This document shows, one piece after another, positions 37,298 to 45,774 of a DNA stretch of 64,000 nt (positions within the stretch are counted from its first letter, which is position 1; every line of letters starts with the position of its first letter). The notes below the pieces were generated by a model. It worked only from the letters and a program-made list of their open reading frames with translations. It was not told where the DNA came from and did no database searches. A program made the position numbers and the translations under genes. The DNA is taken from sequence record MW057919.1. One strand, given 5' to 3'.

Positions 37298-38092
37298 ATG
37301 GTTAGTATTTATATTGTCATTATACTCATGGCTATGCTAGCTGCATTGACATGTGGTAATTTGGTAGATAGCTGGGTAAGGCCAGCTATTCTAAAGTGGT
37401 TAAATGATGATGTCGCTATTCATTTCACCAATGCTACCTGGATGGTTGGGGGGATCCCTAATAGTGTTCCAATGCAACTAGGTAAAGCTGTTTGGTTACC
37501 CAAATACGTGGGTGACGGAATACGTCTTTATATCACGGCTGATGAAATAAAATTTGGATGGAATGGTAAAGAAAAAGATGCTTTAGCACGAGCCATTGTT
37601 GAAGTTATCTTTATTGGTAAAAATCCAAATAGTAAACTTCTTGAAGTAAGTATTAAACCTATTTGGTTACACCCTTCTATCCAAAAAGAAAGTTTCTATT
37701 TAATGTTTGATTGGGAAAAGCTTTATACAAAAAATGAAGAGATGCGTATTTGTTGGAAGACAATACGTCACACTTTTTTCTATGGATTCCTAGGTTTGCT
37801 ATTTGGCGGTAGTGCCAATGCAGATAACCTTGTATTAACTGAACGTGGATGTGACCAATATGAAGCAATGGTGAGAACTATTGCATCTAAAGCTTATATT
37901 GGATTAGATCCAGTTATGGGTAGGGAATTCATTATTAATGATCCTGATATGTTAAATGCCCGTGAGAAAGCACAACGTAATACCCGTATCATTATCGATA
38001 TGGTGGAAACTGGACAAGAACCCAAAGACATTGCATTATGGATGAATACTCAATGTAAACAAGAAGCAGTGTCAAATTTAATCAAACAGTGA
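37298..38092 (+). CDS. membrane protein fused in-frame to a secreted two-Cys module (internal start 37742)
   Basis: N-terminal TM; internal MRICWK...GSANA signal peptide with GAAGAG upstream. Confidence 0.7.
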   Translation: MVSIYIVIILMAMLAALTCGNLVDSWVRPAILKWLNDDVAIHFTNATWMVGGIPNSVPMQLGKAVWLPKYVGDGIRLYITADEIKFGWNGKEKDALARAIVEVIFIGKNPNSKLLEVSIKPIWLHPSIQKESFYLMFDWEKLYTKNEEMRICWKTIRHTFFYGFLGLLFGGSANADNLVLTERGCDQYEAMVRTIASKAYIGLDPVMGREFIINDPDMLNAREKAQRNTRIIIDMVETGQEPKDIALWMNTQCKQEAVSNLIKQ

Positions 38093-38105
38093 AAAAGGCA
38101 TAGAT

Positions 38106-38489
38106 ATGAAAAGAAATTTTGAAGATGATCACGTGGTAATGGCAGTGGAAGTATATGAGAAACTGAAAGAAGCTGCTGCTTATTCATTACACTCTTCTGA
38201 AATTAGTAAGATCGAACGACATATGCGTAAGTTTAATCGTGTTCAACGCGATAAACATATTGAAAATATGCATATGGAAATGCTTGAGAAACGCGAGGCT
38301 ATTAGAAAAGCAAAATCTTTCTTTTCTCAAAATGCCGGTAAAATTGGTTGCGTAGTAGATAGGCTTGTCAAAGTATGTGAAGTGTATAAAATGGATAAGT
38401 CTATGGTGGTTGTTGAGTTTCTCCAACATAAATCTAAAATTAAAGTTCCAGTAAATCCTGAAAAAATTACTATTCTTACCATTAAATAA
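38106..38489 (+). CDS. hypothetical basic protein, paralog of 13095..13697
   Basis: Shared N-terminal pattern. Confidence 0.8.
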   Translation: MKRNFEDDHVVMAVEVYEKLKEAAAYSLHSSEISKIERHMRKFNRVQRDKHIENMHMEMLEKREAIRKAKSFFSQNAGKIGCVVDRLVKVCEVYKMDKSMVVVEFLQHKSKIKVPVNPEKITILTIK

Positions 38490-38506
38490 ATGAAGAAGGA
38501 TTTAAA

Positions 38507-38962
38507 ATGAAAAATGTAATTGCAGCAGCTTTCGCTGGTCTCATTGCCATTACCGGTATCATGTTCAATACCGCAATGGCTGAAATCAAGATTGGTAAAA
38601 AAGATGCTCAACTCACTGTGCAGTCGTGTGCAATGGTTGAAACCATTACTAAACAAGCTGTATTTCGAATGAGTGAAGGTCATAGCGCAGATGAAGTTGG
38701 TGTGCTTATGCTCAACAACTCTGCTAAACTCAAAGATGAGTTGGATACCAATAATTGGATTGCGTTAACATTCGTATTCAATAGTCTTAATAAAATCAAT
38801 AATGACCTTAACAGTAAAGAGATCCATGATTATATCCGTAGTCAAGGTTACAATGTGACTACTCCTAATCTGGCAGCTTTTATCAGCGGGTATTATGGCA
38901 ATTACTGCATGAAGCATATTGGTGAGAAATTCACTCACATGGTAATTGTTGAACTCATTTAA
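38507..38962 (+). CDS. secreted two-Cys helical protein
   Basis: Signal peptide ending AMA; VQSC...GNYC. Confidence 0.75.
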   Translation: MKNVIAAAFAGLIAITGIMFNTAMAEIKIGKKDAQLTVQSCAMVETITKQAVFRMSEGHSADEVGVLMLNNSAKLKDELDTNNWIALTFVFNSLNKINNDLNSKEIHDYIRSQGYNVTTPNLAAFISGYYGNYCMKHIGEKFTHMVIVELI

Positions 38963-38994
38963 TTCATATCGAATACTTTCAAAAGGAAAATAGG

Positions 38995-39372
38995 ATGAAA
39001 TACGTCTTCTCGCTCATTATCACTATGGTAGCAATGTCGGTTAATGCACAACCCGTAACCGTGTCATCTTGCTACGTGCTGCACAGCTTGGCAAAGAATA
39101 TGGTTCAATTCTACACTAATGGCGGTGAGCCATTGGAGATGTATGCAATACTGCAAGATGAACTATCCATTGCCATAGATAAAAACCAGAGTGATAAGGC
39201 ACTCGCTATTAATATCGCATTGGATAATGTCGATGTAATATACCAAAATCTCACTGATCCCGCACTTAAGCTTTTGGCAAAGAGCGAGGGAAGTGATCTT
39301 GGTGAGATGCTGACTGAAAAACTCAGTAATGGGTGTTTCAATATAGTCGGCGAGGAGTTGTATGATAACTAG
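38995..39372 (+). CDS. secreted two-Cys helical protein
   Basis: Signal peptide ending VNA; VSSC...SNGC. Confidence 0.75.
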   Translation: MKYVFSLIITMVAMSVNAQPVTVSSCYVLHSLAKNMVQFYTNGGEPLEMYAILQDELSIAIDKNQSDKALAINIALDNVDVIYQNLTDPALKLLAKSEGSDLGEMLTEKLSNGCFNIVGEELYDN

Positions 39373-39601
39373 AATCATCCTAATTGTTGCATGGGTATGG
39401 GTAATCTCTCTTATGGGAATGATTACGTATGTTCTTTATGATACGTATCAATTTCGTAAGAAATTAGAAATGCCTGTTGTAGAATGGGAAGATAAGGCGA
39501 AGGACACTCCTGTTAAGAAGTGTCCAGATGAAGTATTATTCGCTGAAGACCCAAAGGATGGCAAACTCAAAATGGGATGCCCTGAGAGTTATAAGAAATA
39601 A
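39362..39601 (+). CDS. membrane-anchored protein with two periplasmic Cys
   Basis: GAGGAG SD; N-terminal TM. Confidence 0.75.
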   Translation: MITRIILIVAWVWVISLMGMITYVLYDTYQFRKKLEMPVVEWEDKAKDTPVKKCPDEVLFAEDPKDGKLKMGCPESYKK

Positions 39602-39603
39602 TT

Positions 39604-39623
39604 AGAGGACCTTCGGGTCCTCT
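39604..39623 (+). terminator. intrinsic terminator
   Basis: AGAGGACC-TTCG-GGTCCTCT + TTTT. Confidence 0.85.
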
Positions 39624-39683
39624 TTTTAACCGACTGGACGGTTAAAACTAGGTGGGATAAATTAAACTATTTGAGGAAATCTA

Positions 39684-39791
39684 ATGCAACTTAGTAATGA
39701 ACTTTTCTATGTGGGTATGGTAGCTGTATCAATGTCAATCGGTATGCTATTTAGCTATATTTACCACACTCATAAGAAAAAATATAAATAA
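39684..39791 (+). CDS. small membrane peptide (35 aa)
   Basis: GAGGA SD; [35 protein letters not shown]. Confidence 0.65.
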   Translation: MQLSNELFYVGMVAVSMSIGMLFSYIYHTHKKKYK

Positions 39792-39800
39792 AGTCATAAA

Positions 39801-39820
39801 CCCTCTCCTTTGGGAGAGGG
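39801..39820 (+). terminator. intrinsic terminator
   Basis: CCCTCTCC-TTTG-GGAGAGGG + CTTTT. Confidence 0.85.
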
Positions 39821-39847
39821 CTTTTACATTAAATTTTTTTTGAAATC

Positions 39848-39855
39848 TATATTAC
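39848..39855 (+). promoter_or_regulatory. early promoter
   Basis: TATATTAC; block identical to 24667-24696. Confidence 0.85.
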
Positions 39856-39894
39856 ACTAATACAACATTAAACTATTAAATAGGTAATTAAAAA

Positions 39895-40269
39895 ATGAAT
39901 GAAAATATTAAACGCTCATTTATTGGTATGCCACTGTCTATCAATATTGGTAAAGATATTGATTTATCAATGTATGAACGAATTGTATTTGTATCACAAG
40001 TAGATAAAAATGATATAAAATACTTTGTTTATAAATTAAATAAATCCAAATTTAAACATGAACCAAATGTAGTTAATTACGCCGAAACAGATAAGGATAT
40101 TATTATTTATCCCCCGCTTGATTTCATTCAGACAATTAATGAATATTATCGAGTATCATTGGAAAATGAATTTATGTGTCATCCTGTTATTCTAAAAGCA
40201 GATGATAGTAATAATCAAGAAGTATTTTTGAAAACTATTAAAATGGTACATGAGTATGTCGATGAATAA
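39895..40269 (+). CDS. hypothetical early protein (124 aa)
   Basis: AGGT SD. Confidence 0.8.
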   Translation: MNENIKRSFIGMPLSINIGKDIDLSMYERIVFVSQVDKNDIKYFVYKLNKSKFKHEPNVVNYAETDKDIIIYPPLDFIQTINEYYRVSLENEFMCHPVILKADDSNNQEVFLKTIKMVHEYVDE

Positions 40270-40717
40270 CTGCGCATTTATTAATTTAAGGCAACGTTTA
40301 GTTAATGATAAACTAACCTATGTGATTCATCCCATAGTGAAGGTTTATGATTTCACTAGAAAGGCTATTAGACAATTAACTGATTTTGCTATTTTAGATA
40401 GTTATAACTTCCCAGAGGAAACTTCCAATATTAGTGTTCAGCCAACTATCACAGATGATACTAATAATAAAAATTCTTTGATACATCTTGGGGTTATAGA
40501 AGAGCCTGATTTTGGACCAACTAGATTATACGCCATCTTAGATAGAGAAATCAAAGATGATTCTAATCTAATTGAAACAACTGATGATGGCTGGTATACA
40601 TTGGATGAGTTAATTCTAGTTGAAGACGATATGGATGAATTCGCGCGACTTATTGTTCAGTACTTGCGAACTATTCCGAGGAAGCCACAATGGTTAACTT
40701 CGACAAAAGATGTTTAG
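40250..40717 (+). CDS. hypothetical protein (155 aa)
   Basis: Co-oriented overlapping ORF. Confidence 0.75.
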   Translation: MSMSMNNCAFINLRQRLVNDKLTYVIHPIVKVYDFTRKAIRQLTDFAILDSYNFPEETSNISVQPTITDDTNNKNSLIHLGVIEEPDFGPTRLYAILDREIKDDSNLIETTDDGWYTLDELILVEDDMDEFARLIVQYLRTIPRKPQWLTSTKDV

Positions 40718-40920
40718 AAATAGAGCCTAATCAGTTAGGTTATGTATTTACAAAGATCGGTTGGGAAATATGTGTTACTATTGGCATACGACATATATGT
40801 GCTAAAACCTATTATACAGTGTATTCACTTAATGATAAATGCATTTATTACATTGAGCATTCAGCGCAATTTACTAAACGCATAAAACCAAACTATATAC
40901 AAAGGTTTCATGTTCTATGA
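40690..40920 (+). CDS. hypothetical protein (76 aa)
   Basis: GAGGA upstream; fills gap. Confidence 0.5.
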   Translation: MVNFDKRCLEIEPNQLGYVFTKIGWEICVTIGIRHICAKTYYTVYSLNDKCIYYIEHSAQFTKRIKPNYIQRFHVL

Positions 40921-41603
40921 TCAATACAACCGATAAAACTATAGTTGGTATAGGATTTGAAACAAAGGTTTCAGATTCACCGATTGAACAACCTGTAAAG
41001 AAAACTAAGACTCCTAAGATAAATAAACAAAAAGAATGGGAGAAAGTAGATGATCCGAGAGAATATACAAAAGAGGAACAAACTTCTCTCTTTGTAAATT
41101 GGCTTCAAAGCACACGTAATTACTGGCATAAACAGTATACCGATACTCAAAATACAGATAAGGCACTATCTATCAGAGATATGCTTGATGGATTTATATA
41201 TAGCATCGCAGCTGGCCTAGATGGCAATGATCCAAATATACCCGGATTCAAACTTATACCTAATGTTACTCAAGAGGATATTGACTACCTAATAAGTATT
41301 GGTGAGAATTATTGGCCAGTAAACCCAGTTGAAAATTTAAAAGATAATATCCGTGCAAAGTGTGATGCAGTTGATATTTCTGGTAATCTACGTTATCAAG
41401 TTTCTAAGACATTTACGGAACCTTTCAAAGGACCACATGCACTATTGAACCATTTCCTTAGTTTAGCAGGTGAGAAACCTGTTAAGTATTACTCGGGTAA
41501 TTTTACGCAAGAGCAACTTGCTATGTTAGTAGAAAAAGCTAAAGAAAAAGCGGAAAAGATACAATCACAAATAGCTGATGATATCAGTCGAATAATGCGT
41601 TAA
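40917..41603 (+). CDS. hypothetical protein, paralog of 41648..42022
   Basis: LDGNDPNIPGFKLIP vs LDGNNDDCPAFHLIP. Confidence 0.85.
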   Translation: MINTTDKTIVGIGFETKVSDSPIEQPVKKTKTPKINKQKEWEKVDDPREYTKEEQTSLFVNWLQSTRNYWHKQYTDTQNTDKALSIRDMLDGFIYSIAAGLDGNDPNIPGFKLIPNVTQEDIDYLISIGENYWPVNPVENLKDNIRAKCDAVDISGNLRYQVSKTFTEPFKGPHALLNHFLSLAGEKPVKYYSGNFTQEQLAMLVEKAKEKAEKIQSQIADDISRIMR

Positions 41604-41647
41604 TGAACTAATAAATTTATAAGCTACTGATAACAAGGTATGTAATT

Positions 41648-42022
41648 ATGATCTATTTTGAAGGCGATGGTAATGTTAAACCTGTAACACAGGAACAAGT
41701 TAAAGAACTATTTATTAGTAGTGTTGTCAATATGCGTGATAATGCTATCAATAACTCTAAACTTGATCAATTTACAGAGCCAGCTGATCGGGACAGGGCT
41801 GTAGCAGATAGTGTCATTACAGGCATGCTAGATATACTAGATGGCAATAATGACGATTGCCCAGCGTTTCATTTAATTCCAGCAGTTGGTGAGGAAGAAT
41901 ATTTAGCGGCTGTAGAAGCAGGTGCTGATTATATCCCTTATGATGATGGTAGTGATAATTATCAACCATTAGATTTAGCTGGTGAACTACGAGATTATTT
42001 TATCTTTGTTAATAGGGGTTAA
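41648..42022 (+). CDS. acidic hypothetical protein, paralog of 40917..41603
   Basis: As above. Confidence 0.85.
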   Translation: MIYFEGDGNVKPVTQEQVKELFISSVVNMRDNAINNSKLDQFTEPADRDRAVADSVITGMLDILDGNNDDCPAFHLIPAVGEEEYLAAVEAGADYIPYDDGSDNYQPLDLAGELRDYFIFVNRG

Positions 42023-42024
42023 TA

Positions 42025-42459
42025 ATGGCTGATATAGTAATTGCACTAATCCTGTCAGCAATTATTGTTTATCTAATTAATATTTTTAAACACCCAAAAA
42101 TAATTTATGCCAATAGTGTAAATGATAATGTCTTCATTGTTACTGGTTGCTCTTATATATCTGAAAATAATGAAGATGGTACATTAACAACTTTTTCACC
42201 TAAATTAAATAATAGGTTAATAATTGATTTAACTAAAGGTCAACCCAATAAAGACTTTTATATTTCAGTATTAGATAACACACTTAAATTCCATCACACT
42301 GTTGATGAAATTATCACAGCTAATAAATGGGAAGCTTTATTTAAAAATAGCATAACTAAAGAGGATGTGTGTATCTCAGGAATACCTCTTAAAAATAAAA
42401 ATATAAAATGTAATTTACACTGGGTTATAGCACCAAGTAAAATGGTGAATAAATTGTAA
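42025..42459 (+). CDS. membrane-anchored hypothetical protein
   Basis: N-terminal TM MADIVIALILSAIIVYLI. Confidence 0.75.
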   Translation: MADIVIALILSAIIVYLINIFKHPKIIYANSVNDNVFIVTGCSYISENNEDGTLTTFSPKLNNRLIIDLTKGQPNKDFYISVLDNTLKFHHTVDEIITANKWEALFKNSITKEDVCISGIPLKNKNIKCNLHWVIAPSKMVNKL

Positions 42460-42472
42460 TAGTTATTATAAT

Positions 42473-42493
42473 GCCCTCCCATTGCGGGAGGGC
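42473..42493 (+). terminator. intrinsic terminator
   Basis: GCCCTCCC-ATTGC-GGGAGGGC, near-identical to the 4283 hairpin. Confidence 0.85.
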
Positions 42494-42532
42494 TTATATT
42501 TTATTTTTTTGTATTTAAAGCATTTTAAACAG

Positions 42533-42540
42533 TATATTAC
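42533..42540 (+). promoter_or_regulatory. early promoter
   Basis: TTTTAAACAG-TATATTAC. Confidence 0.85.
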
Positions 42541-42583
42541 AAATGTGATAAAACTATCTAAATTGCAAATAGGTAAATCAATT

Positions 42584-42943
42584 ATGTTGGACTATGCTTT
42601 GGAAAAGTGTCGTGAAATCCCTTATGTAAAACATCGTCAACGTGTTTATTCAGTCATTACTGATAAACGTGGTAGGATCATTAGTGAAAGCCAAAATATG
42701 TATGGTAAAACACATCCTGTTCAGAAACGTTATTCTCTAAAAGCAGGATTGTCCGATCTACGTTGTGAGATGCATAGTGAGTTGCGCTCTATCATCCTCT
42801 CCAAGGGAAAAGGATATAGGATCTATGTTGCACGTGTCGGCGCTGATGGTAGGCCACTGGATGCATACCCATGCCCCACTTGTCAAATGGCAATTAATGA
42901 CCATGGCAAATTAAAAGAGGTAATTGTATCTATTGGTAAATAA
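42584..42943 (+). CDS. Zn-dependent cytidine/dCMP-deaminase-fold protein
   Basis: EMHSE and YPCPTC motifs; AGGT SD before ATG 42584 (track start lies inside terminator). Confidence 0.75.
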   Translation: MLDYALEKCREIPYVKHRQRVYSVITDKRGRIISESQNMYGKTHPVQKRYSLKAGLSDLRCEMHSELRSIILSKGKGYRIYVARVGADGRPLDAYPCPTCQMAINDHGKLKEVIVSIGK

Positions 42944-42988
42944 TAACACTATAGTTAATTTAATTATTTATTTAAAAAGGAAAATACA

Positions 42989-43519
42989 ATGCCTAATGAT
43001 TATTTAAATAATAAACCATCCAAATATCTTAGGAGGATTCACCTTACAGCAAATGGTACACTGACTACAACTGTAGAAGCATGCCTAGAATATCAACCAG
43101 TTAGTGATGTCCATAAGTTTTATCCTTACTTCAATTTTACACCAGCAGAACTTTGGAATATATTTTCTGAATCTAGTTCTAATGTATTAACTATTTTTGG
43201 TAAACCTGATACCAGTAAGTCAAACCTCACTAGAGAAATGCTGAATCATCGAGGCTGGGACGATAAAATTTATTTAGTTGATCGGTCTGATGTTTTAGAA
43301 CATCCTGAATTTGCTAATCTCATTAGAGATTTTCCAAATGGGTCTGTTATTATTGCCGAGGATGTTGATAACGTAGTGCGTACACGCACAGGTGGTAATG
43401 GTGTTATGGCAGCTATCCTTAATGCCAGTGAAGGAATTGCCAAACGTAATATCAAATTAGTCATCACCACTAGCCTACCAGTACTTAAGGATACTGATGT
43501 AGGTGTTTTGATGTTCTAG
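42989..43519 (+). CDS. degenerate, truncated paralog of the AAA ATPase
   Basis: GKPDTSKS replaces Walker A; IIAED; ends before RPGR. Confidence 0.75.
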   Translation: MPNDYLNNKPSKYLRRIHLTANGTLTTTVEACLEYQPVSDVHKFYPYFNFTPAELWNIFSESSSNVLTIFGKPDTSKSNLTREMLNHRGWDDKIYLVDRSDVLEHPEFANLIRDFPNGSVIIAEDVDNVVRTRTGGNGVMAAILNASEGIAKRNIKLVITTSLPVLKDTDVGVLMF

Positions 43520-43539
43520 AATTTAATTAGGATCAAACT

Positions 43540-43959
43540 ATGAAAAATAAACGTCTAGTTGAAGTAGCAAAATATGCTTATTGTCTGGTTGGTGGACTTC
43601 CTAAACCAGAAGAAATGGATGAGGCTGAAAAAGAGTATTGGGCATCTATACCAAGTGTGGATATTAAATTAGCTTCATATTGGAAAATGGTCCCACCACC
43701 ACTATATGACCTAGTGATGAAATATAGTGAAACTGATTACGAAAGGTTTTATCCTCATCCTGGTGGCCCTTCTCTTAACACTGATGAACTTGAAACATTC
43801 AGGATTCCAGGTGAAGATGAGGGCGCACTTATTTGGCGCGATGTCTGCATTACTTGGTATAAACGACCAGGGCGTTGCATGTGTGTTTCACGCGACATCA
43901 CAGATTATGAACTCGCGCAACTTGAATTGGAACTTATCAAGGCTATCGCAAAACCATGA
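43540..43959 (+). CDS. hypothetical protein (139 aa)
   Basis: AGGA SD. Confidence 0.8.
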   Translation: MKNKRLVEVAKYAYCLVGGLPKPEEMDEAEKEYWASIPSVDIKLASYWKMVPPPLYDLVMKYSETDYERFYPHPGGPSLNTDELETFRIPGEDEGALIWRDVCITWYKRPGRCMCVSRDITDYELAQLELELIKAIAKP

Positions 43960-44094
43960 CTGTATATTTCGAAGGCGCTGGTGAACCGCGTGCAGCCACA
44001 TTCAGTGAAGTACGTGATCTGTTTGTAGACGCGGTGAAAAGCAATCGATATTTCCGATGGATTAGTCGATTATTTCAAACTGGTGAATAGTTGA
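43956..44094 (+). pseudogene. internally deleted, frameshifted paralog of 41648..42022
   Basis: Frame 0 MTVYFEGAGEPRAATFSEVRDLFVDAV matches the N-terminus; +1 frame AIDISDGLVDYFKLVNS matches the C-terminus. Confidence 0.75.
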
Positions 44095-44160
44095 TGAACT
44101 ACAGCATCATCTAAACTCCCATTCTTGTGAGGATATCTCTACGTTCGATAAGGTTAACAC

Positions 44161-44373
44161 ATGAATGACCAAGCTGATCTATTGATCGAGTATTATAAAT
44201 CACGTGGTCTTGGTGGCGTAATGGCTACTCATAACCTTCATACTCAGATCAATGAACATCACACTATCTATGGTGGTGGTTGGACTGAGGAAACAGAGAA
44301 GGCTGCCAAATCTATCCGCCGTCGGATGAACCGTAATTCCATCGTAGAAATAAACGTGTGGAAGAAGAAGTAA
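44161..44373 (+). CDS. hypothetical protein (70 aa)
   Basis: AAGGT SD. Confidence 0.75.
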   Translation: MNDQADLLIEYYKSRGLGGVMATHNLHTQINEHHTIYGGGWTEETEKAAKSIRRRMNRNSIVEINVWKKK

Positions 44374-44413
44374 TTTATTCATATTTTTTAATCCAACTAA
44401 AAGGAAATTGTAA

Positions 44414-44647
44414 ATGCAACATGTAACTGTAAAAACTATGAACTCTGGACTGAAAGTTATTGATCTGGATGGTATCCGACTCAAAGACAAAAATATTATC
44501 CAGCTACGTTCTATTATGAATCACGATGCTGCAAAGCAATCATCAGCTTTCATGCATCACGATAGCCAATTCAATAATGTACGTATTGAATTTTGGCGCG
44601 AACCATCAGCGCGAATTATCTCGCTGATTAAAGATGCGGTCGCATGA
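44414..44647 (+). CDS. hypothetical protein (77 aa)
   Basis: AAGGA SD. Confidence 0.8.
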   Translation: MQHVTVKTMNSGLKVIDLDGIRLKDKNIIQLRSIMNHDAAKQSSAFMHHDSQFNNVRIEFWREPSARIISLIKDAVA

Positions 44648-44674
44648 CCGCTTTCTTTCAAGAAGGTAACTAAT

Positions 44675-44953
44675 ATGTCTATCTCTGATGTAGTATTTGA
44701 AGCTGCTGTCAAAAGTGGCGTTAGTCTTGAACACCTTGATAAAGAAGAACCTATTCTAAAAATTCGCTCTGTTAAAGAAAGTGATGGATGGGATATCATC
44801 CTCTATTATCCTGGTAAGATTACCAAGACTGTGAAACTACTATCAAGCGATGTAGCTGGGTCAGATGCATCAAAGTTTATTGAACATGTATTTGGAGATG
44901 TTCAATTTGCTAAAGAAGCAGTACGCAATGCTGAAGGCATTGTAATAAAATAA
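44675..44953 (+). CDS. hypothetical protein (92 aa)
   Basis: AAGGT SD. Confidence 0.8.
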   Translation: MSISDVVFEAAVKSGVSLEHLDKEEPILKIRSVKESDGWDIILYYPGKITKTVKLLSSDVAGSDASKFIEHVFGDVQFAKEAVRNAEGIVIK

Positions 44954-44979
44954 TCAATCTGGAAAAAAAGGAAATATAA

Positions 44980-45399
44980 ATGTATATTGATGAAAAGTAC
45001 TGGGCTCATTCTGTAAAAGCTATGGATAACAAACATCCAGTTTTGATGAATGTGCATGGTCTTCATTGGTGTTCACCATCTTTGGTTAATTGGAGCCTAA
45101 CTGCTGTCAAACGGGATGGGTCACTTTCATCAAAAGAAGTGTTTGATATCACTAGCAAATATGTCAGCCATCTCATTGATCATGAAGTTAAAATCGTTAA
45201 TGATCAATTGGTCTACCTGATCAAAAATAATCTGATTAGTGGCATTACTGAGCTTGATGATGGTTTCTTTGTATTTGCAAATATTGATGGCGAGTCATGG
45301 TCCATGCATGTTGTAATTGAATGCTTGATGGAACATGAAGAAGATTGGGAAAAACTCGCTGCCGTTAAGTACAATGAGTTGACCATTTCTGCATTCTAA
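44980..45399 (+). CDS. hypothetical protein (139 aa)
   Basis: AAGGA SD. Confidence 0.85.
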   Translation: MYIDEKYWAHSVKAMDNKHPVLMNVHGLHWCSPSLVNWSLTAVKRDGSLSSKEVFDITSKYVSHLIDHEVKIVNDQLVYLIKNNLISGITELDDGFFVFANIDGESWSMHVVIECLMEHEEDWEKLAAVKYNELTISAF

Positions 45400-45413
45400 T
45401 TAATTATGAAAAT

Positions 45414-45431
45414 GGGGGTCTAAAGACCCCC
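45414..45431 (+). terminator. hairpin/terminator
   Basis: GGGGGTC-TAAA-GACCCCC. Confidence 0.65.
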
Positions 45432-45477
45432 TATCTATTTAATAGAATGAAACTAATCTTAATAATGGTGAATACTA

Positions 45478-45774
45478 ATGAATAAATATTACCATTTGAA
45501 GAAACAGAAGGATGCTACATGGACAATTGAATTTCTAGGAAAGATGCGTAATTTTAAATTCAACCATGTAACTAAAAATAAAAATAGTTGGGTTAGCATG
45601 GGTATTGAAGGTTATCCAGCACTTAAATTTAACTGTGATGGATTTGGTAGATTAGAAAGTATTCAACCCATTGATGATGATTTAACCATCGATGAAATAT
45701 TTATTCCACGTAAACATTCTGTTTCACAGTGTATCGATATAACAACACTTTATATGGGTGGTCAATGTGACTGA
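45478..45774 (+). CDS. hypothetical protein (98 aa)
   Basis: GGTG upstream. Confidence 0.75.
   Translation: MNKYYHLKKQKDATWTIEFLGKMRNFKFNHVTKNKNSWVSMGIEGYPALKFNCDGFGRLESIQPIDDDLTIDEIFIPRKHSVSQCIDITTLYMGGQCD

Noticed and set aside
42482-42583. Track start for the deaminase gene
   Set aside because: Begins inside a terminator and spans the early promoter; ATG 42584 has the SD
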